Under the pieces are notes generated by a model. That model ran no database searches, was not told the origin of the DNA, and saw nothing but the letters and a program-made list of their open reading frames with translations. From the NCBI GenBank assembly GCA_964619365.1, contig CAZUDQ010000005.1, positions 1 to 62,720 on the forward strand: 62,720 nucleotides of DNA, given 5' to 3'. This document shows positions 15,400 through 26,247 of this stretch, piece by piece. Position 1 is the first letter of the stretch. Each line of letters opens with the position of its first letter. The stretch is from an uncultured archaeon. Lineage in GTDB: Archaea > Altiarchaeota > Altiarchaeia > JAFGQM01. A program made the translations under genes and the position numbers.

Positions 15400-18225
15400 A
15401 TGAAAGACATTATTATACGCGGAGCGCGGGAACATAATTTAAAGAACATAGACGTTGCCCTACCTCGCGACAAGGTAATTGTCATAACAGGTCTTTCCGG
15501 CTCAGGGAAAAGCACACTTGCATTTGACACTCTGTATGCTGAGGGGCAAAGAAGGTATGTGGAGTCGCTTTCAGCTTACGCCCGTCAGTTCCTTGGCCTT
15601 ATGAAAAAACCGGATGTAGATTCCATTGAGGGTCTTTCCCCTGCTATTTCAATTGAGCAAAAAACGACTTCTAAAAACCCGAGGTCAACCGTTGGCACGG
15701 TAACTGAGATTTATGATTATTTAAGGCTTCTTTTTGCAAGGGTGGGTAAGGCGCATTGCCCCGAACATGGAGTTTTGATTGAAGCCAGAAGCCCCCACAA
15801 AATCGCAGAGGTAGTAGCTAAGGATTTTCCAGAGGGGTGTATTATTCTTGCCCCTCTTGTGCGCCAGAAAAAAGGGACTTATGAGAGGCTTGCCCTTGAC
15901 TTAAAGCATGACGGCTTTTCCAGAATGCGGGTCAATGAAGAGATTATACGTACAGATGCGACACTTAATCTTGAACGCTACAAGAAACATGACATTGAAG
16001 TTGTTATTGACAGGCTTGAACTGATGGATAATGAGCGGCTTTCTGAAGCTGTCGAGCGCGCGGCAAAACTGGGGGAAGAGGGCCTCGTGCTTGTAGTGGA
16101 TAAAGAAAACGACCCAAAAAGCCTGATTAAGTATTCAACAAAGATGGCATGTCCTGTTTGCGGCATGTCCTTTGAAGAGCTTCAGCCCAGAATGTTTTCT
16201 TTTAACAGTCCCTTTGGCGCCTGCCCAGAGTGCCGCGGACTTGGGATAAAGATGGAATTGGATCCTGAGCTGATAATCCCTGATAAGAACCTTTCAATCG
16301 CAGAAGGTGCAATCAAGATTTACAGAAACGCAGTTGACGGCTGGCGTGGAACGCGGCTAGGCTCTCTTGCAAAACAATTTGGTTTTGATGCGCTGACTCC
16401 GATAAAAGATTTAAGTCCGGAGCAATATGATGTCGTAATGTATGGCAGCAACAAGGAGTTTACGGTTGACATGAAGTCAAAAAACGGCAAGAACCATTAT
16501 GTCTGGACAACCGAGTGGGAAGGTCTTATACCAGAATGTGAACGTTTATATAATCAAACCGAGTCTGACTACCGTCGCCATGAATCCGAGAAATTTATGA
16601 GGACTTCAGTCTGCCCAAAATGCAAAGGCAAAAGGCTAAAGGAGAAGGTTCTTGGAGTAACAATCGGGGACAAATCAATAATCGATGTAACAGACCTTTC
16701 GATAAAAGACTCGATAAAGTTCTTTGAAGAACTAAAGCTTTCTGAAAAGGACATCGGAATCGCAAAGCAGGTCTTAAAGGAAATCAAAGCCAGACTAATG
16801 TTTCTTGATGAAGTCGGTCTTTCGTATCTTAATCTTTCGCGCGCGGCAGGAACTCTATCTGGCGGTGAGGCACAAAGAATACGTCTTGCAACCCAGATTG
16901 GTGCAAACCTCATGGGCGTCTTGTATGTTCTTGACGAACCGTCAATTGGTCTTCACCAGCGCGACAATGAAAAGCTTATTGACACACTCCACCGCTTAAG
17001 AGACCTTGGAAACACACTTGTTGTTGTAGAACACGACGAAGACACAATAAGGCGCGCAGATTATGTAATTGATATGGGTCCTGGGGCAGGCATACACGGC
17101 GGAGATATTATCGCAAAAGGGACGCCCGAGCAGATTATGATGCATCCAGACTCCCTTACTGGAAAATACCTCTCCGGAGAACTTGAAATAAAGACGCCAA
17201 GTGAACGCAGGAGCGGACAGGGCAAGATAACAGTTAAAGGTTGCCGTGAAAACAATCTAAAAGGAATTGATGTCACAATACCAATAGGAACGCTAACTCT
17301 TATTACAGGGGTTTCAGGCTCTGGCAAATCATCTTTTGTATATGAAACGCTTTATCGAGTGATGATGCGGGAACTTCATACAAGCAGGGAAAAACCAGGT
17401 GCGCATGACAGCTTAGAAATAGAAGGCGAAATTGATAAGGTAATCGTAATAGACCAAAGCCCGATTGGAAAAACCCCGAGGAGCAACCCGGCAACATACA
17501 CCAAATTATTCGACGAGATAAGAAAGGTCTTTGCGGCAACAAAAGAGGCAAGAGTGCGAGGGTATAAACCTGGACGTTTCTCATTTAACGTTAAGGGCGG
17601 GCGCTGCGAAGCATGCTCTGGGGATGGTCTAATCAAAATAGAGATGAACTTCCTTCCTGATGTCTATGTGGAATGCGAAGAATGCAAGGGCAAAAGATAT
17701 AACAACGAGACTTTGGAAGTCAAATACAAAGGAAAAAACATCGCTGAAGTCCTTGACATGAGTGTTGAGGAAGCCCTTGAACTTTTTGATAATTATCCTC
17801 CGATAAAACGCAAGCTTGAACTCCTAAAGAAAGTTGGACTTGAATACATCAAACTCGGACAAAGCTCAACAACCCTTTCAGGCGGTGAGGCCCAAAGGAT
17901 AAAACTTACTCGCGAACTCTCAAAGAAAGGCACTGGAAGCACGCTCTACTTACTTGACGAACCGACAACAGGCCTTCATTTCCATGACGCAAAAAAACTG
18001 ATAAAAGTCCTTAATAGACTTGTAGACAAAGGAAACACCGTTGTTGTGATTGAACATAATCTTGACGTCATAAAAAGCGCCGACCACATCATTGACCTTG
18101 GTCCAGAAGGCGGTGATGGAGGTGGAGAGATAGTCGCGCAAGGTACTCCCGAACAAGTTGCAAAAAACAATAAAAGTTACACAGGGCACTTCCTTAGAAA
18201 ATCACTAAAACAAAAAAATAAATGA
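15400..18225 (+). CDS. uvrA: Excinuclease ABC subunit A
   Basis: [18 protein letters not shown], two LSGGEAQRI signatures, Zn fingers, GVSGSGKS. Confidence 0.98.
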   Translation: MKDIIIRGAREHNLKNIDVALPRDKVIVITGLSGSGKSTLAFDTLYAEGQRRYVESLSAYARQFLGLMKKPDVDSIEGLSPAISIEQKTTSKNPRSTVGTVTEIYDYLRLLFARVGKAHCPEHGVLIEARSPHKIAEVVAKDFPEGCIILAPLVRQKKGTYERLALDLKHDGFSRMRVNEEIIRTDATLNLERYKKHDIEVVIDRLELMDNERLSEAVERAAKLGEEGLVLVVDKENDPKSLIKYSTKMACPVCGMSFEELQPRMFSFNSPFGACPECRGLGIKMELDPELIIPDKNLSIAEGAIKIYRNAVDGWRGTRLGSLAKQFGFDALTPIKDLSPEQYDVVMYGSNKEFTVDMKSKNGKNHYVWTTEWEGLIPECERLYNQTESDYRRHESEKFMRTSVCPKCKGKRLKEKVLGVTIGDKSIIDVTDLSIKDSIKFFEELKLSEKDIGIAKQVLKEIKARLMFLDEVGLSYLNLSRAAGTLSGGEAQRIRLATQIGANLMGVLYVLDEPSIGLHQRDNEKLIDTLHRLRDLGNTLVVVEHDEDTIRRADYVIDMGPGAGIHGGDIIAKGTPEQIMMHPDSLTGKYLSGELEIKTPSERRSGQGKITVKGCRENNLKGIDVTIPIGTLTLITGVSGSGKSSFVYETLYRVMMRELHTSREKPGAHDSLEIEGEIDKVIVIDQSPIGKTPRSNPATYTKLFDEIRKVFAATKEARVRGYKPGRFSFNVKGGRCEACSGDGLIKIEMNFLPDVYVECEECKGKRYNNETLEVKYKGKNIAEVLDMSVEEALELFDNYPPIKRKLELLKKVGLEYIKLGQSSTTLSGGEAQRIKLTRELSKKGTGSTLYLLDEPTTGLHFHDAKKLIKVLNRLVDKGNTVVVIEHNLDVIKSADHIIDLGPEGGDGGGEIVAQGTPEQVAKNNKSYTGHFLRKSLKQKNK

Positions 18226-19793
18226 ATCTTCCAAAGCTTCCAAAAGACCCGGGTTGTTACTTATATCGAGATAAGGCGGGAAAGATAATCTATATCGGGA
18301 AAGCAAAAAATCTGAATAATCGTATACGGAGTTATTTCTCCGGGACACATGACCCTAAGACTAAGGAGCTCGTAAAGCATATTGAATCAGTCGACTTTAT
18401 AATAACCGATACTGAAGCTGAAGCCTTGATACTCGAATCGAATCTTGTCAAAAAACATCAGCCAAAATACAATATAGACTTAAAGGATGCAAAAGGATTT
18501 GCGTATATCAAAATAACTAATGAGGAATTCCCAAGACTCGTTATTGCTAGGGGAAAACCTACTAGCAAAAAAGGGGAAGGGCTCTTTGGACCTTTTACAA
18601 ATGCCGCCGCGCGCGACTTTGCACTTCATGCCCTAAGAAAAGCATTTGGCATAAGGACATGCTCGCGCATGCCAAAAAAACCGTGCCTGAAAAAGGACAT
18701 GGGTTTATGTTCTGCGCCTTGTGTGGGCAATATAAAACAGGGAGATTATATCACAGCTGTAAGGCAGGCCGAAGCCGTGCTCCTCGGAAAGAGTGAGGAA
18801 CTAAGCGAACAGCTCAGTGTTGAAATGATGCAGGCTTCAGAGAACAAGGATTTTGAGCGCGCGATACTCTTAAGGGAGCGCATATCCGCAATAAAGTCCC
18901 TTTCAGAGCGGCAGAAGATGGAGCGCCGGGGAAAACATAATGAAGACGTGATATTCTGGGAACTGCGCGAGGGTCTTTGTTACTTACTTTTGTTTAATGT
19001 AAGAAAGGGCATCCTTGAAGCAAAGCAGGAATTTGTATTTCCTGCAATCGGGGATTTTTTCGATTCGTTCTTATTCCAATTTTATTCTGATGCAAAAGAC
19101 ATGCCAAAAGAACTTATATTACAAAAATCCCCAGAGACAGACTTGGAAACTGTACTTAAGGGACTTAAAGGTTCTAAAGTCAGGATTACCGTACCAAAAA
19201 CTGGAGTAAAGAAAAAGCTTCTTGACTTAGCAAGGGCTAATCTTGAGGCAAGCTTTTTTTCAGGTGAATCAAGCATCGCAGAATTAAAGGATGCAATTGG
19301 TTTAAAGACTGTGCCTGAGGTTATAGAATGCTTTGACATCTCGCATTTGGGCGGGACTGAAACTGTTGCTTCAATGGTCTCTTTTCTCAAGGGCAAGCCC
19401 AATAAGGCAGCTTACAGGCGCTTTAAGATACGGGAAACAAAGGGTGTTGATGACTTTAAATCCATTTCTGAAGTCGTTAGTAGGCGTTACTCTCGCCTCT
19501 TAAAAGAAAACTCCAATATGCCTGATTTGATACTTATTGACGGCGGAAAGGGACAACTATCCTCGGCAGACTCTGCACTCAAAGAACTTAGCCTGGATAT
19601 ACCTTTGGCAAGTATTGCAAAACGTGAGGAAGAAATATTTATCAGGGGACAAAAAGAGCCCATAATCCTTCCCATGAAAAGCAAGGCACTACACCTCTTG
19701 CAAAGCATAAGGGATGAAGCGCACAGATTTGCGATAAACTACCAGAAAAAACGGCGCGATATGCAGATGAAAGAAGAGTTTTTAGAACTATGA
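18222..19793 (+). CDS. uvrC: Excinuclease ABC subunit C
   Basis: GIY-YIG N-terminus ([14 protein letters not shown]), [22 protein letters not shown]. The C-terminal HhH domain appears absent. Confidence 0.96.
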   Translation: MNLPKLPKDPGCYLYRDKAGKIIYIGKAKNLNNRIRSYFSGTHDPKTKELVKHIESVDFIITDTEAEALILESNLVKKHQPKYNIDLKDAKGFAYIKITNEEFPRLVIARGKPTSKKGEGLFGPFTNAAARDFALHALRKAFGIRTCSRMPKKPCLKKDMGLCSAPCVGNIKQGDYITAVRQAEAVLLGKSEELSEQLSVEMMQASENKDFERAILLRERISAIKSLSERQKMERRGKHNEDVIFWELREGLCYLLLFNVRKGILEAKQEFVFPAIGDFFDSFLFQFYSDAKDMPKELILQKSPETDLETVLKGLKGSKVRITVPKTGVKKKLLDLARANLEASFFSGESSIAELKDAIGLKTVPEVIECFDISHLGGTETVASMVSFLKGKPNKAAYRRFKIRETKGVDDFKSISEVVSRRYSRLLKENSNMPDLILIDGGKGQLSSADSALKELSLDIPLASIAKREEEIFIRGQKEPIILPMKSKALHLLQSIRDEAHRFAINYQKKRRDMQMKEEFLEL

Positions 19794-21745
19794 TTGAATC
19801 AAAATTTGAACTGGTAACAGATTATAAGCCTAAGGGCAGCCAGCCTGAAGCAATAAAAGCTCTTGTTAAGGGCATAAACGAAAAGGACAATTTTCAGACA
19901 CTTCTTGGCGTGACAGGTTCTGGAAAGACTTTTACTATTGCCAATGTCATTGCAAAAACGAACAAAACGACTCTTGTCCTTGCGCACAATAAGACCTTGG
20001 CCGCACAACTCTATTCAGAATTAAAGGAGCTTTTCCCAAATAACCGTGTTGAGTTCTTTGTCTCATATTATGACTATTACCAGCCGGAGTCCTATGTTCC
20101 TGCACGAGACCAGTATATAGAAAAGGATTCTTCTGTCAATCCCCGTCTTGAGATGATGCGCCACGCTGCAACTGCTTCTCTTCTTTCAAGAAAAGATACA
20201 ATTGTTGTAGCCTCAGTCTCTGCCATATACAGCGTGGGGGATCCAAAAGATTATCTTGGCATGAGTTTTGACCTTGAAGTCGGCAACGCGATTGGAAGGC
20301 GAAACTTGATTGAAAAATTGGTTTCAGTCCAGTATGAACGAAACGAGATGGATCTTGCACCTGGAAGATTCAGAGCTAAAGGCGACACGATAGAATTCAT
20401 CCCAGGCTACTCCCAAAACCCGATTAGAATAGAGCTTTTTGGGGATGAGATAGAACGCATCGCAGAGCTTGATAAGATAACTGGGGATGTTATAGAGGAA
20501 TTTAAGTACTTTCATGTGTTTGCCGCAAAGCACTTTGTCGTGCCTGAGGAAAAGCTAAAGCGCTCAATGTCGGCAATCAGAAAGGAACTTGAACAAAGGC
20601 TTCCCGAGCTTTCCCCTCTTGAAGCACACAGACTAAAACAAAGAACAGAATTTGACCTTGAGATGATTGAGGAGATTGGATTTTGCAAGGGCATAGAAAA
20701 CTATTCTATGCATCTTGAAGGGCGAAACCCCAGTCAAAAACCATACTGCCTTCTTGACTACTTCCCTAAGGATTTTCTTCTCGTGGTTGATGAAAGCCAC
20801 CAGACAATCCCGCAAATCCATGGCATGTATAAAGGCGACCGCAGTCGAAAAAGCACTCTTGTGGACTATGGTTTCCGTTTGCCCTCTGCTCTTGCTAATC
20901 GTCCTTTAAAGTTTGAGGAGTTTGAAAAATATGCAAAGAACACAACAACAATCTTTGTTTCGGCGACTCCTGGGAAATACGAGCGTGAAATTAGTAAAAA
21001 TATTGTCGAACAAATAATCCGTCCGACAGGCCTTCTTGATCCTGTTGTTGTGGTGCGCCCGGCAGAAAAAAGGATGGCTGACCTTAAGTGCGAGCTTGAT
21101 TCTGTGATTAAGCGGGGAGATAGAGCGCTTGTTACAACTATTACAAAACGTCTGGCCGAAGAATTAAGCGAGTACTTGGCTGAAAAAGGAATCAAAACAA
21201 GATATCTTCACTCTGAAATCGAAACACTGGAGCGCAGCGAGATAATAAGGGAACTTCGCCTTGGGCGCTTTGACGTTCTTGTCGGGATAAATCTTCTAAG
21301 GGAGGGCCTTGATATTCCTGAGGTTGGCTTCATCGGGATTCTTGATGCGGATAAAGAAGGTTTCCTGCGCGATGAAAAAAGCCTTATACAGATAATCGGG
21401 CGGGCAGCACGAAACGCCAATTCAAAAGTCGTCCTGTATGCTGACAGGTACACAGATTCTATGAAGGCTGCCCTCCTTGAGACAAAACGGCGCAGGAGAC
21501 TTCAGAAAAAGTTCAACAAGGAACACGGCATCACGCCCACAACAATAGTAAAACCAGTTAAGGAAAAAGTGGTGGAGATAAAAGATATCAAACATATACC
21601 TAAGGCTGAGGCCGCAAATACTATAATCGAACTTGAGATGCAAATGCAGACTGCAGCAGAAAATCTTGAATTTGAGCGGGCAATAGAGCTTCGTGACCGC
21701 GCGCGCGCACTAAAAGAAAGGATTGGATACTCAGACGGAGATTAG
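19790..21745 (+). CDS. uvrB: Excinuclease ABC subunit B
   Basis: GVTGSGKT, SYYDYYQPE, VDESH, GINLLREGLD, C-terminal UVR domain. Confidence 0.98.
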   Translation: MIESKFELVTDYKPKGSQPEAIKALVKGINEKDNFQTLLGVTGSGKTFTIANVIAKTNKTTLVLAHNKTLAAQLYSELKELFPNNRVEFFVSYYDYYQPESYVPARDQYIEKDSSVNPRLEMMRHAATASLLSRKDTIVVASVSAIYSVGDPKDYLGMSFDLEVGNAIGRRNLIEKLVSVQYERNEMDLAPGRFRAKGDTIEFIPGYSQNPIRIELFGDEIERIAELDKITGDVIEEFKYFHVFAAKHFVVPEEKLKRSMSAIRKELEQRLPELSPLEAHRLKQRTEFDLEMIEEIGFCKGIENYSMHLEGRNPSQKPYCLLDYFPKDFLLVVDESHQTIPQIHGMYKGDRSRKSTLVDYGFRLPSALANRPLKFEEFEKYAKNTTTIFVSATPGKYEREISKNIVEQIIRPTGLLDPVVVVRPAEKRMADLKCELDSVIKRGDRALVTTITKRLAEELSEYLAEKGIKTRYLHSEIETLERSEIIRELRLGRFDVLVGINLLREGLDIPEVGFIGILDADKEGFLRDEKSLIQIIGRAARNANSKVVLYADRYTDSMKAALLETKRRRRLQKKFNKEHGITPTTIVKPVKEKVVEIKDIKHIPKAEAANTIIELEMQMQTAAENLEFERAIELRDRARALKERIGYSDGD

Positions 21746-21765
21746 GGCACGTATGAACCCTCAGT

Positions 21766-22395
21766 ATGACCCAACTACCCAATACGCATAATTATTACAA
21801 AATGAAAGAAGAGAATATTGAAAGTAACGAGTATCATTTATGTAAAAATGAATCTGGATTCATTTCGTTGACCGTAGATAGTTGGAAAAAAATGCGAGAA
21901 AAAATATCAACTGAAGGAGATTATGCATTGGTTGGGATATCAAACATTAGGGAGTTAGAATCCCTTGATATCGAGTTTAACCACATATCAAATTTAGAGC
22001 CTTTACAAAAATTGAAAAAATTAAAGGAATTAATCATTCGGTATACTGAGATAAGCGACTTTTCCCCACTTTCTTCTTTACCCTCCCTAGAAATTCTAAA
22101 TCTAGAAGGAACAGCAATCAAAGATTTAAGACCTCTCTCAAGATTAAAAAACCTAAAATATCTTGATCTCTCTGAAACAAAAGTTTCTGATCTATCTCCT
22201 TTATCTAGTTTAGAGAATCTTGAAGATATCATACTTTTTGATTGTTGGGAAAGTGGATTGGATATTTCCCCTCTAAAGAAGCTTAAAAAACTGAAGAAGT
22301 TATACATCTGGCCCAATAAATCTAGAGAGCATCAAATTGAAGAATTAAATAAAAGATCGCCTAACTTAGAAATCTTACCCCCACTAAAAAATTAA
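21766..22395 (+). CDS. Leucine-rich repeat protein (internalin/SDS22-like 22-aa repeats)
   Basis: About 5 repeats of LxxLxxLxxLxLxxxxIxDLxPL; AT-rich gene. Confidence 0.85.
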   Translation: MTQLPNTHNYYKMKEENIESNEYHLCKNESGFISLTVDSWKKMREKISTEGDYALVGISNIRELESLDIEFNHISNLEPLQKLKKLKELIIRYTEISDFSPLSSLPSLEILNLEGTAIKDLRPLSRLKNLKYLDLSETKVSDLSPLSSLENLEDIILFDCWESGLDISPLKKLKKLKKLYIWPNKSREHQIEELNKRSPNLEILPPLKN

Positions 22396-22402
22396 ATTCC
22401 TG

Positions 22403-22537
22403 ATGAAACAAAACAACCTCTTTTGGATCTCCGTAGTCATTATCGCCATCCCCCTAGTCTCTTTTGCCGCAGCTGAAGAAGCTAAAGAATCTGGACAAGA
22501 AGAAACAGGCGAGCTTAAGGAAACATCTGAGTATTAA
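22403..22537 (+). CDS. Small 44-aa ORF with signal-peptide-like N-terminus and acidic tail
   Basis: Manual translation MKQNNLFWISVVIIAIPLVSFAAAEEAKESGQEETGELKETSEY*; starts 7 nt after the LRR stop; below the ORF-track cutoff. Confidence 0.45.
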   Translation: MKQNNLFWISVVIIAIPLVSFAAAEEAKESGQEETGELKETSEY

Positions 22538-22764
22538 GGCCAAAGCTTTTAACACTCGCATATGCGAGTCTTGCTTTCTTAGAAATACTTGATCTTTTTG
22601 CTTTTTAGGCTTGCCATACAAAATATCTCTACGTGATGAAAGCATTATTACCCAGTCACTGAGATTTTTTCTGTGATGAGACGGGTAGCTACTGATTTTC
22701 AAAGCATTTGAAAAGTCGGACAACACTCATTACTAAAATACTAACAATCATTTTTGTGGGAACT

Positions 22765-25700
22765 GTGGATGTAAAAACTTACTTTGCGGAGCTTGAGGAA
22801 AAGGTAGGAACTCAGTATAAAATAGCTGGGCAGGCCCGTAAAAAAGGATTTGACCCTTCAACCAAAGTCGAGCCAAAGGCGACAAAGAACATGGCTGAGC
22901 GCGTTGAAGGTCTTGTCGGACCAATAGGCGTTGCCAAGCTGATTAAGGATGCCCAGGACCAAAAAATCCCCCGTGAAAAAATAATCCAGAGTACGATAGA
23001 CTGGATATTAAACGAAAAAAGCCTTGATTTAACAAAGGAGCAAAGAGTCGAGCAGGCCCTCCGGACGGCAATGGCTATTCAGACTGAAGGTGTAGTCTCG
23101 GCTCCGCTTGAAGGTATATCACAAGTAAAGATTGAGGAGAACCCCGATGGGTCGCAATATCTTGGTGTCTACTACGCCGGACCAATAAGAGCGGCAGGAG
23201 GTACTGCTGCAGCCCTTTCTGTATTATACGGTGATTATATTAGGAAAAGGGTGGGTATATCAGACTACAGACCTACTGAGGACGAGATTGAAAGATATAA
23301 AGAGGAAATCCACATCTATCATAAGCGTATTGTAAGGCTCCAGTACTTCCCGACTGACGCCCAGATAGAGATGATTGTAAGAAACGTCCCAGTCTGCATA
23401 AATGGAGACCCCACAGAAAAAATTGAGGTTGATGTCCATAAGAATTTGCCCCGTGTTAAAACAAACCGTATTAGGGGAGGCTTATGTCTGGTAATCGGGG
23501 AGGGTATTGCCCAAAAAGCAAAAAAGGTCCTGAAAACTGCGGAAAAAATGGGTGTTGACTGGTCGTTTCTTTCTGATATAAAAAAGGCTGGTGTGCAGGA
23601 CGGCTCAAAACAAAAGACAGGCAAAAAGACAATAGAGCCGAATCCAAAGTTTCTTGATGATATCGTTGCGGGAAGGCCTATATTTGCATACCCCATGCGC
23701 CCGGGTGGCTGGCGCTTAAGGTATGGACGGAGCAATACCTGTGGTGTCGCTTCAAAAGCCATACACCCCGCATGTATGGAAGTACTTGATGAGTTTCCAG
23801 TTCTAGGAACCCAGCTTAGGATTGAACGCCCTGGAAAAGGAACTGTTGCAACTCCTTGTTCTGAGATAGAGCCGCCTGTGATAAAAGACAAATTTGGAAG
23901 TGTGATAAAGGTTGAAACGGTCGAGGAGGCAAAAAAGCTAAGGGAAACTACTGTTGAAATCCTCTCGCTTGGTGACATGCTTATACCTTTCGGGGATTTT
24001 TTAAACTACAATGAAACGCTTGCACCCTCAGGCTATGTTGAAGAATGGTGGGAAGAAGAGTACAAAACTGCAGGTGGCACGGAATTTGACTTTCCTGACA
24101 TAAGGGCTGGACGAGTCATGCAGGATATTCCAGCCAAAAAGGCAATTGAAATCTCGCGCGAACTTGATATTCCATTACATCCAAAATATACATACTCTTG
24201 GCATGACATTTCTGTAAGGGAAGTAAAACTCCTTATTTCCTGGCTGGAATCATCCATTCTAAATTATGACTCTGAATCAGACATGCTTGAAATCACCCTT
24301 GATGCCCGGCACAGGGAAGCAAAGCGCGCTCTTGAATTACTGCTAATTCCACATACTGTAAGTAAAGATGGGAAAACACTTAAGATTAAGGATTATGGTA
24401 CTGGACTTCTTCTATCACTTGGAATAATAAGCCCTGACGAGCTTAAATCCCTTAACTTTGACTCGGCTAAGGAGAAAGTAGAAGGTCTGGCTGACGAAGA
24501 AGATGGGCTTTTTGCAATAAACGTCCTTTCACCAATAAAGGTTATGAAAAAAACTGGTTGTTATATCGGAGCAAGGATGGGGCGGCCCGAAAAGGCAAAG
24601 GAGCGTATGATGACACCAGCGCCACACGTACTCTTCCCTATCAAAGACTATGGCACCAATATCAGAAGCTTAAACAAAGTCGTTTCAAACACAGAAAGCG
24701 CGGTTATATCCTGTGAAGTCGCAGATATGAAATGTCCGAATTGCGGGAAACAGACATACCTCACAAAATGCCCTGAATGCGACACTAGGACAGAAGTACA
24801 GTATCATTGCAACACTTGCGGGTATAAAGGAAAAGATAAGCTTTGCCCGAAATGCAAGAAACGTGCGGATGGATACCGTGAGCAAGATGTGGCAGTACGT
24901 GCGCTTTATGAAAAAGCAAACTCGATAGTCCATCAAAGGTCAAACACCATACTTAAAGCCGTAAAGGGAATGATGTCTGCTGATAAGATTCCTGAACCCC
25001 TCCTTAAAGGCATACTCAGGGTAAATAACGGCGTTTACGTCTTTAAAGATGGAACAATTCGTTATGATGCAACTGATGTCCCAACAACACATTTTAGGCC
25101 AATTGATATCAACACTAGTGTAGAGCGTGTAAAATCCCTGGGTTATGGAACAGATATTTACGGAGAGCCTCTTGTCAACGGCGAACAGATACTTGAGATA
25201 TTCGTTCAGGACATCATTGTTCCAACACATTCTTTGGGCTACTTAACAGGGATTTGCAACTTTGTTGATGACGAACTTAAGCATTTGTATGGTATGGACG
25301 CCTTCTACAACATAAAGTCACCGGATGATATTGTGGGACAGCTTGTTGCAGGTCTTGCCCCACACACTTCAGCCGCAACAATCGGTAGGATAATCGGGCA
25401 TTGTGAAATGAAGGCGATTCTTGCCCATCCGTTCTGGCACTGTGCAAAACGAAGGAATTGTGATGGGGATGAAGACGCGATAATGATACTTATGGACGCC
25501 CTCCTTAATTTTTCCTTTTCTTATCTGCCAAGTTCAAGAGGTGGAAGAATGGACGCGCCCCTTGTCATAAACACGGTTCTTGATCCAAAAGAAGTCGATG
25601 ACGAAGCCCATAACATGGAAAGGGTTTATAGGTATCCTCTTGAATTCTACCAAAAGACTCTTGAAATGGCGGCGGCAAAAGATGTTGCAAAAATGATTGA

Positions 25701-26205
25701 CACAGTTGAAGGCCACCTTGAAGACCCTTCAGTTTATCATTTAGGTCTTACCCACTTCTCATCATGGGCAGGCGTACCTACAAAATCACGTTATGTGACT
25801 CTTGGCGAGATGAGTGAAAAGACAGATATCGAACTTAAGCTTTGTAAAAGAATCCGCGCGGCAGATGAATCAGACGTTGCAAAAAGGATAATCGAGTCAC
25901 ACTTGATAAGAGATACTTACGGTAACCTGCGCGCTTTTGCAAGACAAAAGATCAGATGCGTTAAATGCAACGCCAAGTACAGACGCGTTCCGCTTCTTGG
26001 AAAATGCGATAAATGTGGGGGCAAATTACTTCTTACGGTTTCTGAAGGGACTGTCACAAAATATGTGCCCTTGACAAAAAAAATAGTAGACGAATATGTT
26101 GAAAGCGAGTACATACGGCAGAGAATAGAACTTTTGGGCGGGGAAATAAAATCCGTCTTTGAAAACGACAGGGTCAAGCAATTCTCACTTTCAGATTTTG
26201 CGTAA
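22765..26205 (+). CDS. polC: DNA polymerase D large subunit DP2
   Basis: YAGPIRAAGGT, GGWRLRYGRS, GARMGRPEKA, AKRRNCDGDED, Zn fingers, C-terminal PIP-like QFSLSDF. Probable start is GTG 22765 (the track starts at 22708). Confidence 0.96.
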   Translation: MDVKTYFAELEEKVGTQYKIAGQARKKGFDPSTKVEPKATKNMAERVEGLVGPIGVAKLIKDAQDQKIPREKIIQSTIDWILNEKSLDLTKEQRVEQALRTAMAIQTEGVVSAPLEGISQVKIEENPDGSQYLGVYYAGPIRAAGGTAAALSVLYGDYIRKRVGISDYRPTEDEIERYKEEIHIYHKRIVRLQYFPTDAQIEMIVRNVPVCINGDPTEKIEVDVHKNLPRVKTNRIRGGLCLVIGEGIAQKAKKVLKTAEKMGVDWSFLSDIKKAGVQDGSKQKTGKKTIEPNPKFLDDIVAGRPIFAYPMRPGGWRLRYGRSNTCGVASKAIHPACMEVLDEFPVLGTQLRIERPGKGTVATPCSEIEPPVIKDKFGSVIKVETVEEAKKLRETTVEILSLGDMLIPFGDFLNYNETLAPSGYVEEWWEEEYKTAGGTEFDFPDIRAGRVMQDIPAKKAIEISRELDIPLHPKYTYSWHDISVREVKLLISWLESSILNYDSESDMLEITLDARHREAKRALELLLIPHTVSKDGKTLKIKDYGTGLLLSLGIISPDELKSLNFDSAKEKVEGLADEEDGLFAINVLSPIKVMKKTGCYIGARMGRPEKAKERMMTPAPHVLFPIKDYGTNIRSLNKVVSNTESAVISCEVADMKCPNCGKQTYLTKCPECDTRTEVQYHCNTCGYKGKDKLCPKCKKRADGYREQDVAVRALYEKANSIVHQRSNTILKAVKGMMSADKIPEPLLKGILRVNNGVYVFKDGTIRYDATDVPTTHFRPIDINTSVERVKSLGYGTDIYGEPLVNGEQILEIFVQDIIVPTHSLGYLTGICNFVDDELKHLYGMDAFYNIKSPDDIVGQLVAGLAPHTSAATIGRIIGHCEMKAILAHPFWHCAKRRNCDGDEDAIMILMDALLNFSFSYLPSSRGGRMDAPLVINTVLDPKEVDDEAHNMERVYRYPLEFYQKTLEMAAAKDVAKMIDTVEGHLEDPSVYHLGLTHFSSWAGVPTKSRYVTLGEMSEKTDIELKLCKRIRAADESDVAKRIIESHLIRDTYGNLRAFARQKIRCVKCNAKYRRVPLLGKCDKCGGKLLLTVSEGTVTKYVPLTKKIVDEYVESEYIRQRIELLGGEIKSVFENDRVKQFSLSDFA

Positions 26206-26247
26206 AATCATTTATCTGCCTGCATGCTAAAATAAGGGATTAAAACG

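Noticed and set aside
22396-22764. Replication origin next to polC-cdc6, and the 90-aa minus ORF 22454-22726
   Set aside because: No ORB/mini-ORB repeats or clear unwinding element were recognised; the minus ORF has no recognisable motif and conflicts with a more plausible plus-strand small ORF.
25430-25480. Intein in PolD DP2
   Set aside because: The usual insertion region AKRRN-CDGDED is contiguous and the protein length is normal.
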